The notes under the pieces: model-generated
The model's database searches: none
Seen by the model: only the letters and a program-made list of their open reading frames with translations
Told to the model about the DNA's origin: nothing
Shown: one piece after another, positions 48,570-60,166 of the stretch
Numbering within the stretch: position 1 is the stretch's first letter
How the letters are laid out: every line of letters starts with the position of its first letter
Position numbers and translations under genes: made by a program
NCBI RefSeq assembly: GCF_006345805.1
Contig: NW_021834674.1
Span: forward strand, 8,645 to 72,644
Direction: 5' to 3'
From: Octopus sinensis
Lineage: Eukaryota
DNA: 64,000 bases

Positions 48570-51565
48570 CTATCTCTTCATATTCTTCTCCTCTTCATTT
48601 CCTCTTCATTTCTTCTTCTTCTTCCTTTTCTTCTTCTTCGTCTTCTTCTTCTTTCCTCCACCATTCCTCCTGCTCTTCCTCCTCGTCATTCTTTTTCTTC
48701 TTCCTCTCCTTCTTCTTCTTCTTCTTCTTCTTCTCCTTCTTCCGCAATTCCTCCTGCTCCTCCTCCTCGTCCTCCTTTTTCTTCTTCTTCTTCTTCTTCT
48801 TCTTCTTCTTTTCTTCTTCTTCTTCCTCCACCATTCCTCCTGCTCCTCCTCCTCGTCCATCTTCTTCTTCTTCTTCTTCTGCCTCCGCCATTCCTCATGC
48901 TCCTCCTCCTCGTCCTTCTTTTTCCTCTTCTTCTTTATCTTATTCTTCTTCTTCTTCTTCTTCTTCTTCTTCTTCTCCTTCTTCCGCAATTCCTCCTGCT
49001 CCTCCTCCTCGTCCTCCTTTTTCTTCTTCTTCTTCTTCTTATTCTCTTCTTCTTCTTCTTCTTCTTCTTCCTCCACCATTCCTCCTGCTCCTCCTCCTCG
49101 TCCATCTTCTTCTTCTTCTTCTTCTGCCTCCGCCATTCCTCATGCTCCTCCTCCTCGTCCTTCTTTTTCCTCTTCTTCTTTATCTTCTTCCTCTTCTTCT
49201 TCTTCTACTTCTTCTTTTCTTCTTCCTCCACCATTCCTCCTGCTCCTCCTCCTCGTCCTCCTTCTTCTTCTTCTTCTTCTTCCTCCGCCATTCCTCATGC
49301 TCCTCCTCCTCGTCCTTCTTCTTCTTCTTCTTCTTTTTCTTATTCTTCTTCTTCTTCTTCTTCTTCTTCTTCTTCTTCCTCCACCATTCCTCCTGCTCCT
49401 CCTCCTCGTCCTTCTTCTTCTTCTTCTTCTTTTCTTCCTCCGCCATTCCTCATGCTCCTCCTCCTCGTCCTTCTTTTTGTTCTTCTTTATCTTCTCCCTC
49501 TCCTTCTTCTTCTTCTTCTTCTGCTTCTTCTTTTCTTCTATCTTTCTTGTTCCCTCCTCCCCCTACCCCTCCTTCTTTTCTACTTCTAATGTTTTCTCTT
49601 CTCCTTCTCCGTCTTATTCTTCCTTTCTTATTGTAATTCTCTTCCCCTCCTCCTCCTTTTTCTTCTTGTAATTCTCGCCCTACCCCTCCCCATCTCCCTC
49701 CTTTTTCCTCCTTCTTCTTCTTCTCTTCCACCTCCTCCTCCTCATCATCTTTCTTTTTCTTCTTCTACTTCTTCTGCTCCTTCAACCTCCTCCTCTTCCT
49801 CCTCCTCCTTTTTCCTCCTCTTCTTTCTTCTTCTTATTCATCTTTTTTCCTTCTTCTTCTTTCTCTTCCTCTACCTATTCTTCTTCCTCTTCTTCTTGTA
49901 CTTCTCATTTCTCTTCTCCTTCTTTTTCTTCCTCTTCTTCTTCTCCTTCTACTTCTCCTCCCCGTCTTCCTCCTTCTTTTTCTTATTCTTCTCTTTCATC
50001 TTTATTTTTCTTCTTCTCTTCTTCTTCTTCTACTTTGTACTTCTTCATCTACTTCTCTCTCCCTCCTCTTTCTTCTTCTTATCTTCTTTTTGTTATTCTC
50101 CTTCTCCTCCTCCACATCCTCCTTCTTCTACTTCTTCTTTTACTTCTACTTCCCCTTCATACTCCTCCTCCTTTTGTCTCCTCTTCCTCTTCTTCTTCTT
50201 CTTCTTCTTCTTCTTTTCTTCTTCTTCTTCTTCTTCTTCTTCTTCTTCTTCTACTACTCCTACTTCTTCTTCTTCTTCTTCTTCTTCTCCTTCTTTTCCT
50301 CTTTCTTCTTCTTGTAATTCTTACTCTCCCACTCCCCCCTCATCCTCATCCTTTTTCTTCTTCTGCTTTTTCTTTACTTAATTCTACTTTCTACTTCTTC
50401 ATCTACTTCTCCTCCTCCTCCTTCTTCTTCTTCTTGTCTTCTTTCTTTTTATTCTCTTCCTTCTTCTCCTTTTCCACCTCCTTCTTCATTTCTTTCTTCT
50501 TTTTCATGCTTCTTCTTCTTCTACTTCTTCTTCTTCTTCTTCTCCTTCTTCTTCTTGTTTCTCTTCTACTCCTCCTTCTTCTTCTTCTTTTTTCTTCCTC
50601 TTCTTCTTCCTCTCATCACCCTCATCCTCCTCTTTTTAATCTACTACATCTTTTTCTTTTACTCTACCCTCTGCTCCTCCTCCTATTTCCCTCCCCCTCA
50701 ATGCATCTCCTTTTCCTCCCCCGTCCTCATCCTTCTTCTTTTCCTCCCCTCCTCCTCCAACTCCTCCTTTTTCTACTGCTTCTCCCCCTCTTCTTCCTTG
50801 TCTTCTCCTTTTCCCCTTCCCCCTTCACCACTTCTTCTTCGGATTCTACTTCTCCTTAATCTCTTTCCTCTTCCTCTCTTCTTCTTCTTCCTCTTCTTCT
50901 TGTACTTCTCATTTCTCTTCTCCTTCTTTTTCTTCCTCTTCTTGTTTCTCTTCTACTCCTCCTTCTTCTTTTTCTTATTCTTCTCTTTCATCTTTATTTT
51001 TCTTCTTCTTCTTCTTCTTCTACTTTGTACTTCTTCATCTACTTCTCTCTCCCTCCTCTTTCTTCTTCTTATCTTCTTTTTGTTATTCTCCTTCTCCTCC
51101 TCCACATCCTCCTTCTTCTACTTCTTCTTTTACTTCTACTTCCCCTTCATACTCCTCCTCCTTTTGTCTCCTCTTCCTCCTTCTTCTTCTTCTTTTCTTC
51201 TTTTTCTTCGACGTCTTTTTTCCTTCTTCTTCTTTCTTCTTCTTCTACTACTCCTACTTCTTCTTCTCTTCTTTCTTCTTCTTCTTCTTCTTTTCTTTTT
51301 CTTCTTCTTCTTCTTCTCTTCCACCTCCTCCTCCTCATCATCTTTCTTTTTCTTCTTCTGCTTTTATTTACTTAATTCTACTTTCTACCTCTTCATCTAC
51401 TTCTCCTCCTCCTCCTTCTTCTTCTAATTGTCTTCTTTCTTTTTATTCTCTTCCTTCTTCTCCTTTTCCACCTCCTTCTTCATTTCTTTCTTCTTTTTCA
51501 TGCTTCTTCTTCTTATACTTCTTCTTCTTCTTATTCTTCTTCTTCTTCTTTTTTTCTTCTTCTTC

Positions 51566-51597
<32 letters not shown>

Positions 51598-54500
51598 CTT
51601 CCTCTCATCACCCTCATCCTCCTCTTTTTAATCTACTACATCTTTTTCTTTTACTCTACCCTCTGCTCCTCCTCCTATTTCCCTCCCCCTCAATGCATCT
51701 CCTTTTCCTCCCCCGTCCTCATCCTTCTTCTTTTCCTCCCCTCCTCCTCCAACTCCTCCTTTTTCTACTGCTTCTTCCCCTCTTCTTCCTTGTCTTCTCC
51801 TTTTCCCCTTCCCCCTTCACCACTTCTTCTTCGGATTCTACTTCTCCTTAATCTCTTTCCTCTTCCTCTCTTCTATTATTTTCCTATAATAAGTTTTAGC
51901 TACTATATTGTTTCACGTTGTTCTGTTGATTCTGTGGTACCGTGTGGTTATTTATACATACTTCCACCGAAATAAATGTTTTGTTATATTTGTTGTAGTC
52001 TTTGTTGTTGTTGTTCTTCTTCTTCTTGTTCTTCTTCTTCTTTTTCTTCTTCTTCTTCTTCTTCTTCTTCTTTTTCTTCTTTTTCTCCTTCTTCATCTTC
52101 TTCTTCTTCTTCTTCTTCTTCTTCTTCTTCTTCGTCTCCTTCTACTTCTTCTTCTTCTTCTTCTACTTCTTCTTCTTCTCCTTCTTCTTCTTCTTTTTCT
52201 CCTCCTCTACTTCCTCTTCTTGTTTCTTTCTTGTTCTTCTTCTTCTATTTCTCCTTCTTCATCTTCTTTTTCTTCTTTTCTTCTTCTCTTTCTTGTTCTT
52301 ATTCTTCTACTTCTACTTCCACTCCTTCTTCTTCTTTTTCTTCTCCTCTACTTCCTCTTCTTGTTTCCTTCTTCTTCTTCTATTTTTCTTCTTCTTCTTC
52401 TTCTATTTCTTCTTCTTCTTCTTCTTCTTCCTTCTTCTTCTTCCCTTATTCGTCATATTACCATATAAATTCCTTCTTTACATAATGAACATTATTCAAT
52501 ATTTCGTCGCAATTACATACGATGTGAAACTAAGCAACGTTTCTTCCTGCTTCATATATCTTCTGAACGATGACATTTTTTCGCATTTCCTTAATATATC
52601 GACGAATCAACTACTGGACTCTATTCATGATATATCTCTTTGAATGTGTCTGGACATGACAACGACTGGCAGTTATTTATCCGCATTGTCGTTAGATTAA
52701 TTTCTTCTTCTTCTCCTTCTTCTACTTCTTTTTCTTTTCTCTTCTTCTTCTTCTTTTTTTTCTTTTTCTTCTTCTTCTCCTTCTTCTTCTTCTTCTTCTT
52801 TTTCTTCTTCTTTATCTTCTTCTTCTTCATTTCTTCTAATCTTCTTTTCTCTTCCACTTCTCCTTCATTTTCTTCTTGTAATTCTCTTCCTCCTCCTCTT
52901 CTTCCCCTCCCCCACCTTTTTCTTCTTGTAATTCTTATCCCCCTCCCCCTTCCCATCCTGTTCCTTTTTCACCTTCCTCTTCTTCTCCTTCTTTTTCTCC
53001 TCCTTCTTCTTCTTATTATTATTCTTCTACATCTTCTCCTTCTTCTCCTCCACCTTTTTCTTCTTTTTCTTCTACTCCTCCTCGTCTTACTCCTCCTTTC
53101 TTTTTCTTCATCTTCTTCTTCTTATTATTATTATTATTCTCCTTCTTCTTCTTCTTCTTTTTCTTCTTTTCTTCTCCTTCTACTTCTTCTCCCCCTCCTC
53201 CTCGTCCTCCTCCTCCTTCTTCCTCTTCTAATTGTTTTTCTTCTTCTTGTTCTTCTTGTTCTTCTTTATTTTCTTTATTTATTTCTCTTCCACCTCCTCT
53301 CCACCCCTCCTCCTCCTTTTTCTTCTTGTAATTCTCCTCCTCCCCCTCCCCTCCTGCTCCTTTTCTCTCCTTCTTCTTCTTCTCCTCGTCCTCCTTCATT
53401 TTCTTTTTCTTCTTCTCTCTTTTCAATATATTTTGTTCTATTTCTTTTTCTTCTTCTTTTTCTCCTTCTTCTTCTTCTTCTTCTTCATCTTAAACTTCTT
53501 CTTCTTCTTCTCCTTCTCTTTCTTCTTTATCCTCTTATTCTTCGTCCTCTCGCCTGCTGCTCCTTCTCTTTCTTCTTCTTATTCTTATTCTTATTCTCTT
53601 CCTTCGTCTTCTACCTCTCCTCCTCGTCCTCCTTCTTATTAATTTTTTCTTCTTCTTCTTCTGCTTCTTCTTCTTCCTCCTCTTCTTGTTTTTCTTCTAC
53701 TCCTACTTCTACCACTTTATCCTCCTCCTCCTTTTTCCCCTTCCTTCTACTTCTATTCCTTTTTTTCCCCTTGTTTTTCTAGTTCTTCTAATTCTTCTTC
53801 TTCTTCTTCTACTTCTCCTCCTCGTTTTCCTCCTTCTTATTCTTCTTCTCTTTCGTCTACTTTCTTTTTTTTCTTTTTCTACTTCTTTATGTACTTCTCC
53901 TCCTACATTTTTCTTCTTCTTATCTTCTTCTTTTTGTTATTCTCCTTCTCCTCCTCCTCTTTCATTTCTTCTTCTTTTTCTTCTACTTCTTATTCTTCAC
54001 TTTCATTCTCCTCCTCCTTTTTCGTCCTCTTCCACCTTTTTCTTCTTTTCTTCTCCTTCTTCTCCTTCTGCTTCTTCTTATTGTTCTTCTCCTCCTCCTC
54101 CTACTTCTTCTTCTTCTTGTTGCAATTCTTCTTCTTCCCCTCTACCTCCTCATCCTCCTTCTTTTTCTTTTTCTTCTTCTTCATCTACTTCTCCTCTTCC
54201 ACTTCCTATTTCTTCTTCTTATCTTCTTCTTTTTATTATTCTCCTCCTTCTCCTTCTCCTTCTTCTTCTTTTTCTTCTTATCCTAGTTCTTCCTCCCTTT
54301 TATCCTCCTCCTCCTCCTTTTCCTCCTAATCCTTATTCTTCTTCTTTTTCTTCCTCTTCTTTTTCTTCTTCTCCATTCTTCTTCTTCTAATTATTCTTCT
54401 TCTTCTTTTCTTCCTCTTCGCCTTCTCCTCCTCTTTCTTCTTCTTCTTCATGTTTTTCTTCTTCTTCGTTATCTTTCTTCTTTTTCTTCCTTTCATTCTG
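48570..54500 (+). repeat. About 6 kb (CTT/CCT)n polypyrimidine tract in the E1-E2 intron, with an internal minisatellite and a tandem duplication of about 1 kb
   Basis: The motif ccattcctc[c/a]tgctcctcctcctcgtcc recurs across 48650-49470. About 49880-50880 matches about 50890-51875. Confidence 0.9.
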
Positions 54501-54573
54501 AAGTCACAGTTTCTGGTGTTTTCTCACAAATATTTTCCATATAATCTATTTTACTCTTTCTTTACTGCTATAG

Positions 54574-54645
54574 ATCTCTGTTCAAGAACAAGATTTCAAC
54601 CATCAAAGAAGGTGCATTTACGGGGCTTTCAAATTTAAAAGAATT
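54574..54645 (+). CDS. LRR exon E2 (72 nt): (L)SLFKNKISTIKEGAFTGLSNLKE(L)
   Basis: Same acceptor and donor context, open frame, phase 2-2. Confidence 0.92.
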
Positions 54646-57325
54646 GTAAGTTCCTTCGGTTTCTTGATACTATTTTCCGAAAGTAATAATTGATGCTGAT
54701 ATATAAGCTCACAAATGTATAAAATTTCAGACTGCGCCAAACAAAATCAATTCGAATTTGTAGAATGAACACGATTTAGGGAGATAAAAAGAGAATAGGA
54801 GAGATTGAGACAATGTGAAAGAAAGAGAGAGAATTTGAGAGAGAAAATGAAATAATAGGAAAAATATAATGTTCCTTTATTGTAGTTGCTTTGTTTCAAT
54901 TCGCATCTCAATAACTCAGTTTTGTTCCACAAATTTCAATGATTTTGATATGAATTTGTATTAGAAATGGTAACCTTTGTGAGTTTACATGTTTGCATCA
55001 AATATTTTAAGCTGAAGTATATGTGTATGTTCATATATAAGTGTAGTTCTGTGTGAAATGTGACTATATCATTCCTTTATTTTATATTTTACATCCTCCT
55101 CCATTTCTTATTTCAATATTCTCCTTCGTGTTTCGATATTATCATTCAAAATCGAATTTTGTCATTCACTTCACGTTATTTATGTAATAGAGCAATTGAA
55201 GTGGAAGCGGAAAATATATATTCGAATAATATAGTCACATACGTTCTATCTGTAAACCTGAAATACTTACTGTACTTGTAAGCTGGAATATTTGGCCTGA
55301 TACAATTAAAATGCTGATATATTTCTTGTAAGCGTGTGTTTTCTAATATTCTTGTGACAATGAAGCGATATGAAATAAATAATCTCTCTCACCATATTTC
55401 CACAAGGGTGAGTGGGAATATGTGTGATGTGAGTGTGCATAGCCGCATTCCGTCGTACTATGAATATAGAATATAAGAATGTGTATGAGTGCATTTGAAT
55501 ATGTTGATTTCTGATTCCGTATATTCCTGATTTTTCTGCCATGTCTTTTCGCCCAAAATTTTTCTTTCTATCCTTGAATTATTTCTGATATTTCGAAAAT
55601 ATTTTCAGTTTCATCTTAAACACCATGATTTTCAATGGTTTTCTTCTTTTCGTCTTCTTCTTCTTCTTTTTCTTCTTCTTCTTCTTTTCTTCTTCTTATT
55701 CTTATTCTTATTCTTATTCTTCTCCTTCTTCTTCTTTGTTCTTTTCTTATTCTACTTCTCTTCTCTGCCTTTTCATCATCTTTTGTCATTCGTCTTCTGC
55801 CTCCTCATCCTACTTCTTCTTCTTCTTCTTTTCTTTCTTCCACTTCTACTTCATCTACTTCATCTTCTTCTTCTTCTCTTCTTTTCTTTTTCTTCTATTT
55901 AACCTCCTCCTCCTCCTCCTCCTGGTCTTCCTCCTCCTCCTGGTCCTCCTCCTCCTGGTCCTCCTCCTCCTCCTGGTCTTCTCTCCTCTTCTATTTTTTC
56001 TTATTTTCTTTTTTATTTCATTTTCTCTTTAAATTCTCTTCCCCCTCCACTCCGCCCCTCCTATCTTATTTTTCTTGTAATTCTCTTCCTCCCCCTCCTC
56101 TCCTGCTCCTTTTTTTTTCCCTTCTTTCTTTCTTCTCTTCTTCTTTTCTTATTCTTCTTTTCTACTTTCAACTTCTTCATCTACCCTTCCTCCTCCTCTC
56201 CTTCTTTTATTCTTATTATTATCTTTTCTTCTACACCTACTTTTTCCCTATCATCATCTTCCTCCTCCTTTTTCCTCTTCCTTCTACTTCTTTTTTTCAT
56301 CTTCTTTTTTTCTACCCAATCCTCTCCGCCCCTCCTCCTCCTCTTTCTTCTTCTAATTCTCCTCCTCCCTTCCATTCCTGCTCCTTTTCTTCTTCTTCTG
56401 CTTCTTCTTCTAATTCTTCTTCTTCTTTACCTCCTCCGCCTTCTTTTTCTTTTCTACTTCTCATTCTTCTATTTCTTTTTTTTTTCTTATATTCTTCTTC
56501 TCTTCTTCTTCTACTTCTATTCTCTCCTACCCCTCTTTCTTCTTCTTATATTCTTCTTTTTGTTATTCTCCTCCTCCTCCTCCTCCTCCTTCATCTTCTT
56601 CTTCTTTTTCATCTTCTCCTACTTATTCTCCCCCTTCATACTCCTACTCCTCCTCCTTTTTCCTCCTCTTCCTTCTTCTTCTTCTTCTACATCTTCTCCT
56701 CCTCCTCCTTCTCCTTCTTAACTTCTGTTTTTGTTATTCTCTTTCTCCTTCTACTCCTCCTCCTCCTCTCCTTCTTCTCCTTCATCTTCTTCTTTTTCCT
56801 GCTTCAACTTATTCTACGTCTTCTTCTTCTTGTTCTTCCCTTCCTTCTTCTTGCAATTCTTCTTCTTCCCCTCCCCCTCCTCATCCTCCTTCTTTTTCGT
56901 CTTCTTCTTCTTCTTCTTCTTCTTCCCTTCTCCTTCTTCGTCTTCTCCTTTCTTCTTTCTACTTCTTCACCTACTTCTCCTCCTCCTCTTCCTCGTCTTT
57001 CTTATTCTTATCTTCTTCTTCTTGTTATTCTCTTCCTCATACTCCTCCCCTTCATTCTTCTTCTTTTACTTTTTCTCCTACATCTTCTTCCCTTTTATCA
57101 GCCTCCTTCTCCTTTTTCCTCCTATTCCTTCTTGCTCTTCTTTTTCTTCTACCTCTTCTTTCTTCTTCTAATTCTTCTTCGCCTCCTCCTCTTCCTTCTT
57201 CTTCTTCTTTTTCTTCTTCGTTATCTTTCTTCTTTTTCTTCCTTTCATTCTGAAGTCACAGTGTTTGATGTTGTATCACAAATATTTTCCATATAATCTA
57301 TTTTACTCTTTCTTTACTGCTATAG

Positions 57326-57397
57326 AAATCTGGGAAGGAACAACATTTCAACCATCAAAGAAGGAGCATTCACGGGGATTTCAAATTTAAACTACTT
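57326..57397 (+). CDS. LRR exon E3 (72 nt): (L)NLGRNNISTIKEGAFTGISNLNY(L)
   Basis: Same acceptor and donor context, open frame, phase 2-2. Confidence 0.92.
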
Positions 57398-60094
57398 GTA
57401 AGTTCGTTCAGTTTCTTGATACTATTTTCCGAAAGTAATAATTGATGCTGATATATAAGCTCACAATTGTATAAAATTTCAGACTTCATCAAACAAAATG
57501 AATTCGAATTTGTAGAATGAACACGATTTAGGAAGATACAAAGAGGGAGTAAGTAAGCGAGACACAAAGAGAGAAAGAGAGAGAAATTGAGGTAGAAAGT
57601 GAAATAATAGGAAAAATATAATGTTCCTTTATTGTAGTTGCTTTGTTTCAATTCGCATCTCAATAACTCATTTTTGTTCCCCAAATTTCAATGATTTTGA
57701 TATGAATTTGTATTAGAAATGGTAACGTTTGTTAGTTTACATGTTTGCATCAAATATTTTTAGCTGAAGTATATGTGTATGTTCATATATAAGTGTAGTT
57801 CTGTGTGAAATGTGACTATATTATTTCTTTATTTTATATTTTACATCCTCCTCCATTTCTTATTTCAATATTCTCCTTCGTGTTTCGATATTATCATTCA
57901 AAATCGAATTTTGTCATTCACTTCACGTTATTTATGTAATAGAGCAATTGAAGTGGAAGCGGAAAATATATATTCGAATAATATAGTCACATACATTCTA
58001 TCTGTAAACCTGAAATACTTACTGTACTTGTAAGCTGGAATATTTGGCGTGATACAATTAAACTGCTGATATATTTCTTGTAAGCGTGTGTTTTCTAATA
58101 TTCTTGTGACAATGAAGCGATATGAAATAAATAATCTCTCTCACCATATTTCCACAAGGGTGAGTGGGAATATGTGTGATGTGAGTGTGCATACCGCATT
58201 CCGTCGTTGATACTATGAATATAAGAATGTGTATGAGTGCATTTGAATATGTTGATTTCTGTTTCCGTATATTCCCTGATTTTTCTGCCATGTCTTTTCG
58301 CCCAAAATTTTTCATTCTATCCTTGAATTATTTCCTGATATTTCGAAAATATTTTCAGTTTCATCTTAAACACCATGATTTTCAATGTGTCTTCTTCTTC
58401 GTCTTCTTCTTCGTCTTCTTCTTCTTCTTCTCTTCTTCTTCTTCTTCTTCTTCTTCTTCTTCTTCTTCTTCTTCTTCTTCTCCTTCTTCTTCTTTTTGTT
58501 CTTTTTCTTATTCTACTTCTCCTTCTCTGCCTTTTTCATCTTTTTGTCATTTCGTCTTCTGCCTCCTCTCTTCTTCTTCTTCTTCTTCTTCTTCTTTTCT
58601 TTCTTCCACTTCTACTTCATCTACTTCATCTTCTTCTTCTTCTCTTCTTTTCTTTTTTTTCTATTTCACCTCCTTCTCCTCCTCCTCCTGGTCCTCCTCC
58701 TCCTCCTGGTCCTCCTCCTCCTCCTGGTCCTCCTCCTCCTTCCTCTTCTAATATTTTTCTTATTATTATTCTTCATTTTCTTCTTTAAATTCTCTTCCCC
58801 CTCCACTCCGCCCCTCCTCCTCCTATTTCTTCTTGTAATTCTCTTCCTCCCCCTCTTCTCCTGCTCCTTTTTCTTCTTTCTTCTTTTTCTTCTTCGTCTT
58901 CGTCTTCTTCTTCTTCCCTCTTCTTCTTCTACTTTCAACTTCTTCATCTACCCTTCCTCCTCCACCTCCTCCTTCTTATTCTTATTCTTATTCTTTTTCT
59001 TCTACACCTAGTTTTTCCCTATCATCATCTTCCTCCTCCTTTTTCTCTTCCTTTTCTACTTCTTTTTTTCATCTTCTTTTTTTCTACCCAATCCTCTCCG
59101 CCCCTCCTCCTCCTCTTTCTTCTTCTAATTCTCCTCCTCCCTTCCACTCCTGCTCCTTTTCTTCTTCTTCTGCTTCTCTTCTAATTCTTTTCTTCTTTTC
59201 CTCTCCTCCTTTTCTTTTCTTCTTCTCATTCTTCATTTCTTTTTTCTTCTTATATTCTTCTTCTCTTCTACTTCTACATCTACTTCTCCTCCTACCACTT
59301 TTCTTCTGATATTCTTCTTTTTGTTATTCTCCTCCTCCTCCTCCTCATCTTCTTATTCTTTTTCATCTTCTAATTATTCTCCCCTTCTTATCTACTCTAC
59401 TATTCCATCCTACTTTCCTCCTCTCTTCCTTCTTCTCTTTTCTTCTTCTAATCTTCTCCTCCTCCTCCTTCTCCTTCTTAACTTCTGTTTTTGTTATTCT
59501 CTTTCTCTATCTCCTCCTCCTATACCTCCTTCTTCTTCTTCTTCATCTTCTTCTTTTTTCCTGATTCAACTTATTCTACGTCTTCTTCTTTTGTTCTTCC
59601 CTTCCTTCTTCTTGCAATTCTTCTTCTTCCCCTTCCCCTCCTCATCCTCCTTCTTTTTCGTCTTCTTCTTCTTCTTCTCCTTCTTCTTCTCCTTCTTCTT
59701 CTTCTTCTCCTTTCTTCTATATACTTCTTCATCTACTTCTCCTCCTCCTCTTCCTCGTCTTTCTTATTCTTATCTTCTTCTTTTTGTTATTCTCTTCCTC
59801 CTCCTCCTCCCCCTCCTTCTCCTTCTTTTACTTTTTCTCCTACTTCTTCTTCCCTTTTATCAGCCTCCTCCTCCTTTTTCCTCCTATTCCTTCTTGCTCT
59901 TCTTTTTCTTCTACCTCTTCTCCTTTCTTTCTTCTTCTAATTCTTCTTCACCTCCTCCTCTTCCTTCTTCTTCTTCCTTTTCTTCTTCGTTATCTTTCTT
60001 CTTTTTCTTCCTTTCATTCTCAAGTCACAGTGTTTGATGTTGTATCACAAATATTTTCCATATAATCTATTTTACTCTTTCTTTACTGCTATAG

Positions 60095-60166
60095 ATCTCT
60101 GTTCGAGAACAAGTTTTCAACCATCAAAGAAGGTACATTCACGGGGCTTTCAAATTTAAAATACTT
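60095..60166 (+). CDS. LRR exon E4 (72 nt): (L)SLFENKFSTIKEGTFTGLSNLKY(L)
   Basis: Same acceptor and donor context, open frame, phase 2-2. Confidence 0.92.
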
